A stretch of DNA of 64,000 bases from an uncultured virus (IMG/VR IMGVR_UViG_3300022555_000049) (IMGVR_UViG_3300022555_000049); one strand, 5' to 3'; shown: positions 33,453 to 45,319, numbered from the stretch's first letter. Numbers and translations: made by a program. Notes: generated by a model from the letters alone, not told the origin.

Positions 33453-33922
33453 TTAATACCTTTTAATACGTTCCTTCTCATCTTTCTCTCTCTTTAAACA
33501 CTCTTCATCAGTTTCCTCTCTTAAGGATACTGCTTGAATACCCAAATAATCACTACCGTAGTATTCATTATCTATTGTAATATCAATTCTGGTTGCACCC
33601 AGTTTCTCAATAGCATCAATATCTTCCCTTAATTGTTCTAAGGTAACACCATACACCCAATCAAGACTGTAGTTTACCTTAAAAGCCCTTTTTTGCTTTT
33701 TCATAATAATTTTAATTAAAATATATACAACAAACTTAATTATAGTTCCTCAGAAACTTCAATATGATTATAAATTAATTTACAAACCCAAGCATTCTCA
33801 AATTCATACATCCCACAAACATTACACGCTTCCTCTAAAGTATCATAATAATTAATCTCACCATTTTCATTCTTCATGTAATCCATGTTCCTAAAGTCTA
33901 TGATAAAATACTTGTCTTTCAT
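33453..33922 (-). CDS. two small hypothetical genes (33453-33704, 33740-33922)
   Basis: ORF track; downstream of an ECF-type motif at 33953-33980. Confidence 0.65.
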
Positions 33923-34255
33923 AATAATAATTTTTTAATGAATAATAATCCTTATACGTAATAAAAAATAAAAAGTTACAAACATAATTATTAATAATCA
34001 CAATCAGTACTTCCATCAGGATATATCCAAAGACCATCTGATAGATAAACACCCCCTTCACCATTTAATGCTTCTATGCAAACATAATAATCTAAAAATA
34101 CTTCATCACAATCCCTTTTCTTATAGGATTTTCCATTAAATAATACTGGAAATAATTTTTCCATAATAAATAAATTTTAATTAATAGTAAATAATCACTT
34201 GTACGCAAAAGAATTATTAATGTTACAAAAGCTTTATGTATTAGTATGTAATTAA

Positions 34256-34792
34256 CTATTTAAAATAAGTTAAAAGTTGATCTATTTGAGCAGACCTAGC
34301 ATCCCTAGCAGCAGACCAAGCAGCAGACTCAGCAGCAGACTTAGCATACCAAGCAGCATACCAAGCAGCAGACCAAGCAGCAGACTCAGCAGCAGACTTA
34401 GCAGCAGACGCAGCAGCAGACTTAGCAGACCAAGCAGCAGACCAAGCAGCAGACGCAGCAGCAGACAATTCATCTTCCGTGACTAGTCCATTTGCAAATC
34501 TTTCTGCACAATCAATGGCATCAATACTTCGCTGATCAATCGGGTTTTCGTCTGTGCAATACTGGTAACTCTGACGAGCGCACCATACAGCGAAAAATCT
34601 CATATCTTTATCAGACATAAATTCTTTTCTACAAACAAGCCAAACAATATCAGACTGATCTTTAACCATAGTTCTATATTTCTCAATCCACTCTTTAATT
34701 GGAAGAGATTCTTTATCTGATATTCCTATATTAGATGGATCATAACAAGGCTTGAATGTTCTAATTAAACGATTATTGATTTTCTTTTTCAT
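34256..34792 (-). CDS. hypothetical protein with Ala-rich (S/Y)AA(W/K/E/A) repeat
   Basis: RFFAVWCAR..RSIDAIDCAERFANG..EL followed by SAAW repeats, a common phage family. Confidence 0.8.
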   Translation of the reverse strand: MKKKINNRLIRTFKPCYDPSNIGISDKESLPIKEWIEKYRTMVKDQSDIVWLVCRKEFMSDKDMRFFAVWCARQSYQYCTDENPIDQRSIDAIDCAERFANGLVTEDELSAAASAAWSAAWSAKSAAASAAKSAAESAAWSAAWYAAWYAKSAAESAAWSAARDARSAQIDQLLTYFK

Positions 34793-35102
34793 GATTTAGT
34801 TTTTTAGTGTTTATATGTATTAATAATTATACGTAATAACTATTATAAATGTTACAGTAATAATTAATTATTAAGCGAAGATTGTTTCTTCACCTATTTT
34901 AAGTTTATATCCATTATCAAAACACCAATCTTTAATTTCTTCATCATCTGCATTTGAAAAGAAACAATCCATAAACTGTTCTCTTGTTCCTTCAAACATA
35001 TCACCATTTTCAACTACAATCCAAGTTTCTAAATCCATAATAGTAATTATTTAATTATTATACGTAATATAATTATTAAAGTTACAGAGATAATTAAATT
35101 TA

Positions 35103-36251
35103 TTACCCTTTTACAACCTTACCACATTCTTTATGAATTATTGCATAGTAACTTTTACTCCCCTTTAACTTAGATAACTTCTTTAATCCCCATGTAGATA
35201 ATTTCCACCATCCTTCACTATCATAACACCTGAATTTCTCACCAATGTAATTATCCCACCACTTAGGTCTTGGTCTTGAAGGGTCTTGTACAAATGCAGA
35301 TGTTATCTCAACTAATATTGATTTCATAATTAATATTTAAACTACCCAAACATAATCAGCACTCATCTTATATTCAACCTCATCTTCATTATCATTAATG
35401 AAAACGAAATGAAGTCCAAATCTCCAATAAGTATTAACAAACTTGAAACTTTCATCCCCATTAAATAAATCATCCAATAAACACCTATCCTCAATTAAAT
35501 GATTAATAACCTCACTTGATTCAAGTTTTGATTTAATTTCATTATAACTCTCTTCATACGTCAAAGTATTCTGAACTTTAAAAACAAGTCCTCCGCAAAC
35601 CCAATAATCTTCAGGATCAACTTTTGAAAATAAAATAGCATTCATAAAAATTATTTTTAAATGTTAACTAACTATCACTTATACGTAATAAATTAAAAAA
35701 GGTTACAGAAATTAATCAATAACCTTTTTAATAAAATTTTTAATTAAAACTTATGATAAAACATCACCAAAATAATAATCCTCTATAGAACCCTTTAATT
35801 TGCAAAATACTTTCCAATATGGGTAATTAGGATTACTTAGTTCTTTACCATAATTCTGGAAATTTGGATTTCCAATATCTTTCATTAATCTTGACCAATT
35901 ATCCCCATATTTATCAAATACCTTATTTGGATGAACTTTTTGAATATTTACTAATCCCCATGCATAATATTCAATTCTCATCGCATCCATAACCATTTTT
36001 TTCCATTCAGTTGGTGCTTGAATTTGTGAAAGAACATTTAACAATTCTGGCTTATATTTCGTTGTCCATTCATTAGATTGTTTTGGCTTTTCATAATCTT
36101 TTGACTCTAAACCAATTTTATTAAAAAATTTGATATATGGTGCTTTATCTTTTGCTTTCCAATAACTTTCAATATATTTTAGTATTTGTTCTTTTGGAAT
36201 TATACCACCATTCCATTCATAACTATCTTTTATCATAACATTCTCTTTCAC
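35103..36251 (-). CDS. hypothetical genes (35103-35327, 35337-35645, 35751-about 36236)
   Basis: ORF track; each block preceded by ECF-type motifs. Confidence 0.7.
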
Positions 36252-36289
36252 ATAAATACGAAATATACAAATAAAAGGTTACAGAAATA

Positions 36290-37500
36290 ATATTTAATTA
36301 TCATCACTAATAGTAATATTTAATCACCACTTACCATAACTTTATAACAATATTTATTTATCGAAAAACAATAATTATTTATCGATAATCAATAAATAAT
36401 TATTAATTATCATTTTTTATTTATATGTACTATAACTATGTTTTATTGTACTTCGCATATTTAAACCAATATTTTTAATTACCTTTTATGTAAATTAGAT
36501 GATTGTTGAAAATCAGCTACTTATACATTAAGAAACAGATGGCTTAATATTCTGGTGGAGCATTGTGGAAGAAAGTGTAATGAAATGTCAGATAATGATT
36601 GATAATAGGCAATAGTTATTGGTAATGATGGATATGTCCAACATTAATTAATGTTTTGGCTTATAATTATTATTAATTCATGAAATATACAACATTAGGT
36701 ATTATTAAATTTTAACATTTATAGTTAAAACGGATGCCCCACACGCCCATCCTCTGCCCTAAATTTATTTTCGCCAAAGTTAAATTTATAAAAAATTATA
36801 AATTAATAATTAAAACCACAGAGACTAATTATATATTAACCCAATTTTAAAATATCCCTTAGAGTAAAAATCGATTTAGGGTGAAGATATGTTTAGTTGT
36901 ACATTAGTATGTACAATAGGTCTTCACATTACGTACAATAGGTAGAAGCGTGTACGGCTATATTACGTACAATAGGAATAAATGTTACAAGCATAACGCT
37001 TAGAATGATTCTAAATAGCAGTGCAATAATATAAATTTAAATGTTATGCAAACAATAAGGATTTAAATTTAAAAAGCATTCTGGCTGTTGGCATTCATCA
37101 GAGTTGTACGGATGCTAACCGTACATTAGGAATTATACTACTGGCATCGTACATTAGCATGTGTACAATAACTATAATGTAAATAAGTATTATACATTGA
37201 TAAGTGCCGTAAGTTACACTAATAGTAATAATTAATTGGTAATTATATTTAGTTGCATTTATAAGTGCCGTACATTGCACTTCTGGTTATAATTAACTTT
37301 ACATATTAGTAATGATTTGTTTTACACTTTGTGGTGCTGCGGAGTCTATTGCGTGACTTGTGATCACGAACCATTGTTGATTATACGTATAATAGGCAGG
37401 AAAGATTACAAATAGTAATATTGAATTTGCAACATTTATGTCATCACTAATAATATTTTCACCGTAAATTGATTTTTCCTCTATAGGATATTTTAATTTA
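36290..37500. other. long non-coding region with GTAC-containing repeats
   Basis: no credible ORF for about 1.2 kb; GTACAATAGG x3, CGTACATT x3 or more. Confidence 0.6.
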
Positions 37501-37519
37501 GGGTTAATATGTTATTGGT

Positions 37520-38030
37520 TTAAATAATATGTGAAATTTCCCGTATTACAAATATTACAATACTGACTACACTAAGAGTAAGTGCACCTAGAACTATTGT
37601 AAATTCGAAGTTATAATTTAGTTTACCAATAATGTTAAATATATTTCTACTGAAGGCAATTGTAATACTATCGATGATAATTTTAATTATTTGAACGATA
37701 ATTCCTGTGATGTATAATAAGGCTAGTCCAATTAATCCAATAAGAATTGTTGTCATGTTTTTAATTAAGATTAAAATTAAAATCAATATGTTCGAAGTCA
37801 CAATCACTAGCCAGAGTAAGGTTATCTGTTAGTATATACTTATCGATTTCATCCAGTTCTTCTTTACCGATGGTTACTTTGGTTTCGTTTACGTTATCGT
37901 TGATATTAACGCTACAATTAAACTGGGGGCTATAAACGATAACGTTGTTTATGTAAGCAAGCATTTCAGCAGCAATTGCCACGCCATTAACAAAGAGTAA
38001 TCCAGTTTCTTCAGAGAATTCTATTTTCAT
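37520..38030 (-). CDS. two small hypothetical genes (37520-37756 membrane, 37761-38030)
   Basis: ORF track. Confidence 0.6.
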
Positions 38031-38053
38031 AATAAAATTTTAATTTAAAAAAG

Positions 38054-38083
38054 TCACCCTGTGCTAATCACACACAGGGTGAC
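38054..38083 (-). terminator. intrinsic terminator
   Basis: GTCACCCTGTG / CACAGGGTGAC stem followed by a T-run on the minus strand. Confidence 0.7.
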
Positions 38084-38647
38084 ATACAAAACTAATTAAT
38101 CAAAAAGCAACCCAAATAATAATAAATAAACAACTACCGAAGAGACTCCCATTACCTTACCGATGTCACTTCTCCATCCATTGGTTTGCATGTAAGGTAT
38201 GTATTATGCAAACCGATCCAACCTCGTCATTTATCTTTTGTCCCTCTTGCAGGTCTTCACATATCTTACCCCAGAACAACATCCTCTTAGCTGAGGATTG
38301 TAATTAGACATTCACCTATTGGTTACTAATTCTATTACTGTCTGTCTTCAGCAGGCAACTTATTTTTAATGTTTTACAGGCTTTAACTGTAAGTTACGTT
38401 CTTTCGAAGAGGCTTTACTGGCTTGGGTTTCACGTTGGTATATTATTCTTTTACTGCTGTTTTACCTTTAACAATTTGGATTTCAATTCCCATTCTTTTA
38501 ATAACACCATTCAATAAATTGATTGTGTTTTGTAATGTATTTTTAAGATAAAGAAAACCGATAAAGAGTAAGCAATTTGCTATTAATGAAATTGCTAAAA
38601 GACCTTCAATTTTTGTCATAATATTAATTTTAATTTAAATGTTATTT

Positions 38648-39329
38648 TTATTCTTTATGTGATGTATCGACAGGAATATCAGAAATTGTGATATTGACAT
38701 GAGTTTTAATCACCTTCTCTTTACCAAACATTTCAACTCTATCAACTGATGTGTGAACATCATATGATACTTGACATGTGGTATTATCTACCACTGTTTT
38801 AATTGAAGCAAGTATTGCTTCTTGTAATTTTTGATTCATGATACTAATTTTTCGTTAATAAAAATTTCTGCTTATTATACGTAACAGATATGTTATATGT
38901 TACGTAGATAATCATTTATTTTAAATATTCTTCAAACATTTCAATTGCTTCATCATAATTATCAAAAATTAATGATTCGTCTTGTTGAGTGGCATATAGA
39001 ACTGAATTGAAGTCTTTATTAATTACTTCACTGATAACGAACCAAGCATCGACCAGAATTGTAACTTTAGTTTCAGAATCAATATCATTATCATTAATTA
39101 AAAACTCTAAACCTAATTGTCTAATTTCTTTTCCAGTATATACTTTACCTTTATATTCAATCTCACCTTCTTGTTCGATTCTTAATACAAATATTCCATC
39201 TCCCTTACTTCCCCAAGCAATAACATTATGAAAGAACATTGCGCTTTGATGATTGTCAGAGATGGATGATTGTAGAATTTCCATATTGGTTTTTCTATAT
39301 GTTGATCTTAATATTTCTTTCTTGTACAT
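38648..39329 (-). CDS. hypothetical genes (38648-38839, 38916-39329)
   Basis: ORF track. Confidence 0.65.
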
Positions 39330-39373
39330 TGGTAATATTTATTAACTACTATATTAATTCATTTTGATAATGT

Positions 39374-40138
39374 TTAATCAATTATAATACCCGTTATTTC
39401 TTCAAACACCTTTGCATCAAAATTTGGCAATGCTTTAAGTAACTTGATGTCTTCAACCGTTGCGTTTTTAAAAGAATTTGCCCACGCTTCTTTATAAGTA
39501 TACTTCTTTAAATACCCATCACAAATCAAAGCACTTGAATTCTCAATCTTTTCTTGGTCTGTCATTTCTGAAAATGAAATCCATTTTGTTGATGATATGT
39601 TAATGAAATTTGGCTTTATTGCATTTTCCCATTCTTCTCTTAAAACCAATTTATTAAAAACATAAATTTTATTTGGTGTGATAGTATTAAAAAAACCTGA
39701 GTTACTGTCTCCTGAGTTCCAGTTTCCTGAGTTCCAGTTTCCTGAGTTACTGTTTCCTGAGTTACTGTGTCCCGAGTTACTGTGTCCCGAGTTCCTGTCT
39801 CCTGAGTTACTGTGTCCCGTACAGTCATGACCAATATTAACAAGGGTAAGCAAATCACTCCAAGATATTTCTTTAACTATTTTAATTATATTTGTACATT
39901 GCTTATTACCGCCTATGCCATCAATAGCTCCCAATAATTCTACTTCAGCAACTTTATTGGTTGAGTCAAAGGCGTAATATTCAAAACAATCGTTAATTTT
40001 CTGACATGCGTGGAATCCTTGTACACATAAAATTGGTTTTAAAAGAACACCATTTTCTTTAAGTTTATAAATTTTTCCTATTGCATATTGCATATCTTTA
40101 CATTTCCAATTTGAGTCAAATACTTTAAATGCTTTCAT
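39374..40138 (-). CDS. phage protein with NSGxx pentapeptide repeats
   Basis: KAFKVFD..C, C..GFHAC, NSGHS/NSGNW repeats, LPNFDAKVFEEITGI C-terminus. Confidence 0.8.
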   Translation of the reverse strand: MKAFKVFDSNWKCKDMQYAIGKIYKLKENGVLLKPILCVQGFHACQKINDCFEYYAFDSTNKVAEVELLGAIDGIGGNKQCTNIIKIVKEISWSDLLTLVNIGHDCTGHSNSGDRNSGHSNSGHSNSGNSNSGNWNSGNWNSGDSNSGFFNTITPNKIYVFNKLVLREEWENAIKPNFINISSTKWISFSEMTDQEKIENSSALICDGYLKKYTYKEAWANSFKNATVEDIKLLKALPNFDAKVFEEITGIIID

Positions 40139-40378
40139 TGTTTTTATTGTTAATTAAATTACTACAATGCTTATACGTACAATGATGAGTAAAGGTTACT
40201 AAAAATAAAAACTTATTGAAAAGGATTTTGTTATCTCTTATTAATTGTCAAACATATCACTTCCCAATAAGTTCTTTACGCTACTCATCGTGACAGGATG
40301 AACTGTCTTAACGTAACCATTGCCGTAGGACAGCAAATAACCCCGTAGTGCTTATTTACCTTTCGGTTGGTTTTCTCG

Positions 40379-40444
40379 TGGAGAAGGGTGGAATCGAACC
40401 AACATCCCTGCGTCCAGTACACTTACCCTTTGTGCTACTTCCCC
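40379..40444 (-). ncRNA. tRNA-like element with a truncated anticodon arm
   Basis: acceptor GGGGAAG/CTTCTCC-A, D-arm GCAC/GTGT, T-loop GGTTCGATTCC; only CTG-GACG-CAG in place of the anticodon arm. Confidence 0.65.
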
Positions 40445-40582
40445 ATTGCCTAGGTTACAAACCTAGGACTTGTTCCGTGACATTACTGCCCCAGATAATG
40501 ATTATCATAAACCACCATATTGTTAAATCTCACTCATGTGGTCTTAGGAGATTCAGCCCTATCATAACAATCACATTTCTTC

Positions 40583-40620
40583 TACGTAACAAAGATAATA
40601 AATGTTACAGAAACATGCAA
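40583..40620 (-). promoter_or_regulatory. overlapping ECF-type and Bacteroidota-type promoters upstream of the tRNA-like RNA
   Basis: minus strand TGTAAC-N17-CGTA and TTG-N20-TATCTTTG. Confidence 0.6.
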
Positions 40621-40968
40621 CTATTTTTTATTTATTTTCTTTGGGTTATATACCATTTCTTTATTCACACTATTCTTAATTAAAACAAATCCTTGTTTAA
40701 TATAGAATCCCTGTAATCTTTTTAATTCAGAAACATCCTTCATGTACAATCTGATTTGTACATTCTGGGTGTCGGCAAATGATATAAGCACGGACATTAC
40801 AGCTGAACCATATCCTTTGTTTCTTTGTGATGTTTTAATCTTAATTAAAACTAGTTGTATATATTCTAAATTAATATCCGTACAATGCTCTAATAATAAT
40901 TCTTGGATTTTGCTGTGCTTAAGTTTTAAATTAATAATCAATTCGTTGAGTACATTTTGATTTATCAT
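40621..40968 (-). CDS. GNAT-family acetyltransferase-like protein
   Basis: QRNKGYGS acetyl-CoA motif and FYIKQGF. Confidence 0.75.
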   Translation of the reverse strand: MINQNVLNELIINLKLKHSKIQELLLEHCTDINLEYIQLVLIKIKTSQRNKGYGSAVMSVLISFADTQNVQIRLYMKDVSELKRLQGFYIKQGFVLIKNSVNKEMVYNPKKINKK

Positions 40969-41008
40969 AAAAAGTAATCTTAGGTATAACTAAATACATG
41001 TAATAAAA

Positions 41009-41039
41009 AAACCTCCTGTATAATTAAATACAGGAGGTT
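41009..41039. terminator. intrinsic terminator
   Basis: AACCTCCTGTAT / ATACAGGAGGTT stem flanked by A/T runs. Confidence 0.7.
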
Positions 41040-41065
41040 AAAATAATGTAGTATACTTTTATAAT

Positions 41066-43333
41066 CTAACTTCTTGGGTCTCCACCAAATATTGGTTCAG
41101 GTTCTTCGTTCATAACGCCTGACCAAATAGTTAGTAGTCTGTACGTTGACATACCGTCTTTATTGAGAGTACTTTCAATTATTTCATTTGCTTGAGATAG
41201 TCTGCAAATATGTTTATAATTCATCAATCTTGGATGTACATTGCCATCTTTATTAATTACTTGGAATCCAATAACTTCCCTTAAATAAGGCATTTCAACT
41301 TCCAAAAGTTCATCACAATCCACATTACAATCCATGCAGTCACAGTTATTGTCGTCTTGAATATATTTACCAGTATTGGCATTACGCCATCCCCTGATTT
41401 GTACATTATCGCTGTAACAATGTGGACAAAGCTTTAATGTCTTAGTTCTGGTCTTATTGTATTCGTTCTCAATAAAGTGATCAATAGTACCACCATACTT
41501 TTCAATTAAAGTATAATCATAACACAGCACTTTAATTGTGCCGTCATTACTATCGATCTCTTCTGTATCAAAATCTTCAGGATGTTCCAGTACATCATTG
41601 AGAATAGCCTCTCTCATATCACTTTTCATAATATCGATATTATACTGGTTGTTAAGTACTTCATCAACGAATTCTATGGTCATACCTTCAGGCATATCAA
41701 AATAAATGCCTTCACCTTCAACAACCAAATCATAGATTGTGTCAGCCATTTCTCTGGCAAATAGTTCTTGAGGTGTTTCCTTCTCTCGTTCTTCTTCGAG
41801 TTCCATATCAAAGACATAGTTTTCATCAATGCCCAATACATCGACAGCATAGTCTTGTAAATGATCAATAAGATTTACAATGCCTTCAAGGTTGTTCAAC
41901 ATTTCTTCAAAACCTCCTTTCTCCGCCTCAATGGTTTCAAGAAGGGTTCTTTTCTGTTGGCGTAATAATGACCAGTCGATGTTCTCAATAAAATTAGGTA
42001 TGTTCATAGTATTTTAATTAAAATTTAGTTTTAAGTAATTCTTTAAGTTCAGCAAGTTTATTTCTGTCTTTGTTAACCCAACGTTTGTATTTGGCAACAT
42101 CTTTCTCCATCCCTTTAACATTTCTTTCTTGATACATAATTGCACTTTCAAGAATATTAATGTTTGCCTGAATGGTATCTCTGCGGGCATTATTCTTTAT
42201 TCTGTACATTGGGTATATTTAAATTATTAATATCGTACATTGCCTATACGTACAATGGTACGTAAAGGTTACTAATCCAATAAGAATTCTTCATCTAATA
42301 ATATCTCATCAAGTTCTTCACACATTTCGGTGAACCAAGGGTCATATTCATCGGGAAGATAAAGATCATCGTCTGAATAAACCTCAAACAATGCTTCATT
42401 AATCTCTCCATCTAAATCAAATTCATCCTCAAACATTTCGCCAGTCATAGTGAGTAAGCCTTTTATCGTCATGCTTAGGACATTATTAGTTATTAATAAA
42501 TTTTAATTTAAATTGTACATTGGTACTTAGTGAATATTACTAATCAGTTTCTCCAAAGTTCTTTATGATGTCATTAACGAAATCCCTCGCATCTTCAAAA
42601 GTATCACGATAGCCAACTGATTCAGGACAATCACAATCGCTGTATTCTTCATCACCGTTTTCATCGGTGTCAATTCTCTCAATCTCAAGCCAAATCTTGT
42701 ATTTAGTTGTCATGATATTTTAATTAAAAGTTAATAAATTAATAAGTGCCGATCTAACATTCGATCTTCGACTCTATTATGCATCCGCTGAATAGCTACC
42801 ACTTATTAATTAAATTAGTTTCACAATAAGGGTCTGAGCAAATCAATTGACCATCATAATCATGTCCATTGCCTTCACCTTCAATACATTTCTCTCTCAT
42901 GATAAACATTTGACAAGTAGGACAAAGAGTATGTACATTACCATCTTCATCTGTGAAGATTTCGCTAATCTTAATATTTAAATTAAGATCATCAGTATCA
43001 AAATATTCACCAATGACTTCACCAGTTTCTTCATCTAATTCAGCATTGGTAGAGATTTCAATACCATCATCCCATACACTTGATAAAATTCCTTTTTTCA
43101 TTTGATAATTTTTAATTGGTTATATTAACTATAAATTGTTTATATCTTTTTAATGGTAACACCGCATCGACATCTTCTTCTGCTAAGTCAACAGTAAATA
43201 ATTCTGATGTTTCTTCGTTTTGCACAATATATGTTAAACCATATATGTCTGTCGTCAATATGTTTGCAATTTCCTTTACAGCATCTAAAGGATTTTCACC
43301 ATCTACGTTAAATTCTAAACTGACTTTATACAT
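41066..43333 (-). CDS. acidic early-type hypothetical genes (41066-42007, 42018-42209, 42272-42472, 42796-43101, 43112-43333)
   Basis: ORF track; ECF-type motifs at 42245 and 43360. Confidence 0.7.
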
Positions 43334-43407
43334 AATGTTATTTTATTAGTTATAATTATTATACGAAATAGCCATTGCAATTGTTACATCACAATGGTTA
43401 TTTTAAT

Positions 43408-44190
43408 TTAAGGTTTCACAACGAACACACTGTTTAATACTCTTTGTTCCGCTTCCTTATCTGCAATCCTTTTGAATCTTAAACCAATGACAATACCTTT
43501 CTTATCCAAGAACCTCGCATCAGTCAAATCTCCATCGACAACTGGATAATCCATAAAGGTTTCGGGCAATGCGTTGCCTTTCTTTACATCGAACACAACT
43601 GCAATATTCATTTTAGATTCAAGTACCATTATACATTCATCGACATTATGACCTGAATATGAGAACGTTAAATCGTAATTATTTGGTAACCAACTAAATT
43701 TTGTGATTTGTTTAGTATAATCATAAAACAAAGTTTCGGGAAAGTGTTCAAAGATTGTTTTACCATCGAATTTAATTCTCGTGTAATCAATATCACTTGT
43801 GCCATTCAAACGTGCTGAAAAATCGTAACCGTCTTTCAATGCCTTTTTTTGATACATTTTAATTTCGGCAATCATCCATTCCATGAAAAAGTCTCGATGT
43901 TCAAAAAATAGTTTTGTTTTGGCAATACGAGCATTCTGAATGCGTTTAATTCCGTTTGAATGTAATTCCATGCTTGCTCTACCACTTGTGGCTAAACAGC
44001 CTAATCTGCATTCGGGAGTGCTAAATAGACATACATTATATCCGCTTTGATTTGCTGGTGCAAGATAAATAATATATGTATAGTTTCCGCTTACCTTTTT
44101 ATTCTTAATCATCTTTGATGAAATATTAATTCCACCTAAGTAAGATAAACCTGTTTGTTTCTTCGCTTGTCCGATTGTCGTAAATATCAT
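43408..44190 (-). CDS. Gp88-like phage protein (CxxxxxxCxxxC, RLNGTSD, FYDYTK)
   Basis: YLAPA, VC..STPECRLGCL, RLNGTSDI, YDYTK, LTFS, VDGDLTDARFLD motifs. Confidence 0.7.
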   Translation of the reverse strand: MIFTTIGQAKKQTGLSYLGGINISSKMIKNKKVSGNYTYIIYLAPANQSGYNVCLFSTPECRLGCLATSGRASMELHSNGIKRIQNARIAKTKLFFEHRDFFMEWMIAEIKMYQKKALKDGYDFSARLNGTSDIDYTRIKFDGKTIFEHFPETLFYDYTKQITKFSWLPNNYDLTFSYSGHNVDECIMVLESKMNIAVVFDVKKGNALPETFMDYPVVDGDLTDARFLDKKGIVIGLRFKRIADKEAEQRVLNSVFVVKP

Positions 44191-44290
44191 AATAACAATT
44201 TTAATTGGTTTAACAATTATACGTATTTTAATTTAAAATGTTACAGAGAATATTTACAATTCACAAATCAAAGTATAATTTAGTTTCAAT

Positions 44291-44350
44291 CTAAATAACC
44301 ACACTATAAGGCAGGTATGGATTACTCCCACCCTCGAAAGACCTCGCTAA
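44291..44350 (-). ncRNA. repeated candidate small RNA, copy 1
   Basis: near-identical to 47171-47230; directly downstream of an ECF-type motif; no ORF. Confidence 0.5.
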
Positions 44351-44656
44351 TTATATTCATTATACGAATTTAAAACAAAAAGGTTACAAAAACTTTTAAA
44401 CTGAAAGTGTTCGGTCTTGTGAAATACTTTTAAATTAAAACTTATTTGTTAATTTTGCTTACAGATTGTAAGTTACCACAAAAAAGAATTCCCCGATGCT
44501 TGGGTGCTATCGGGGGATTCTAAACCTAACTTAAACCTAACCAATTAAACCTTATATTTTATTAATTATACGTTTTTCTTTAAAAAAGGTTACAAAAAAA
44601 ATAACATTATATCTTACTTAAGATGAGTATCTTATGATTGTTAATTAAAGTAAGTC

Positions 44657-44746
44657 ACTTACGAATTGAAAGTTGTTCTTACTAGCTGAGGTTACTTACG
44701 AATTGAAAGTTGTTCTTACTAGTTGAAGGTACTTTCAATTCGTAAG
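44657..44746. repeat. tandem about 37-bp direct repeat plus inverted arm
   Basis: ACTTACGAATTGAAAGTTGTTCTTACTAG x2, then ACTTTCAATTCGTAAG. Confidence 0.85.
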
Positions 44747-44758
44747 CAAATGATGTTT

Positions 44759-45319
44759 TTAATTAAAATAGGATTGTAGATTATTGTCCTTAATTATTCT
44801 TTTTAATTTAGGAACATACTGTTTATCTTCGGCATAGTTCTGTTCCAAGTATTCAAAGTAATCTTCTTCTGTTTTCAATACAGAGAGGTATGTTGATGCG
44901 TACAATGCATAGTCAACTAATGATTCATTCCAATTGTCATAATATGCATGTTCGTTATGTGTGCCTTTAGCGATGTTCATTCTAAGCACCGCTAATTTCA
45001 TTCCAAAGAGATTATGATTCTCATTGAAGATGGGTGACTTGAAATAATTTGTCTCATGCATTGCTTGAGCCAAAACAATATAGGGAAATTTGAAATGTAA
45101 ACTTTTAATATCTCTAATCAATCTGTTTTGAGAAAAAGAATTATACTTGGACATTATTAGTTTGGCTTCAGATTCAGTATAATTATCTTTAATGTTTGGC
45201 TTAATGGATAATCCTAAGATTAATGAGATTAGTACAATCCCTCCAAATGTTTTCAATCCGTAATCAATCCAATTGACTTTCACGTATTGAAGTTTTTGTT
45301 TGTCATACTTGTAAAACAT
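44759..45319 (-). CDS. glucosaminidase-domain (GH73-like) peptidoglycan hydrolase with an N-terminal membrane anchor
   Basis: VLAQAMHET, NHNLFGMK, YDNWNESLVDY, YAEDKQY motifs. Confidence 0.82.
   Translation of the reverse strand: MFYKYDKQKLQYVKVNWIDYGLKTFGGIVLISLILGLSIKPNIKDNYTESEAKLIMSKYNSFSQNRLIRDIKSLHFKFPYIVLAQAMHETNYFKSPIFNENHNLFGMKLAVLRMNIAKGTHNEHAYYDNWNESLVDYALYASTYLSVLKTEEDYFEYLEQNYAEDKQYVPKLKRIIKDNNLQSYFN

Noticed and set aside
34277..34486. Alternative-frame ORFs 34277-34486 and 34282-34473
   Set aside because: Shadows of the Ala-rich repeat in 34256-34792
37098..37280. 60-aa ORF in the non-coding region
   Set aside because: Weak start, overlaps the GTAC repeats, no protein-like features
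39640..39858. TQETG-repeat ORF, or a DGR template/variable region
   Set aside because: Alternative frame of the NSG pentapeptide repeat; no reverse transcriptase or adenine-specific TR/VR pair seen
40348..40683. Plus-strand 111-aa ORF
   Set aside because: Antisense to the tRNA-like element and promoter; GGIEPT is a typical tRNA shadow translation
44657..44746. Second CRISPR array
   Set aside because: Only two adjacent copies with no spacer-length unique sequence, plus an inverted arm
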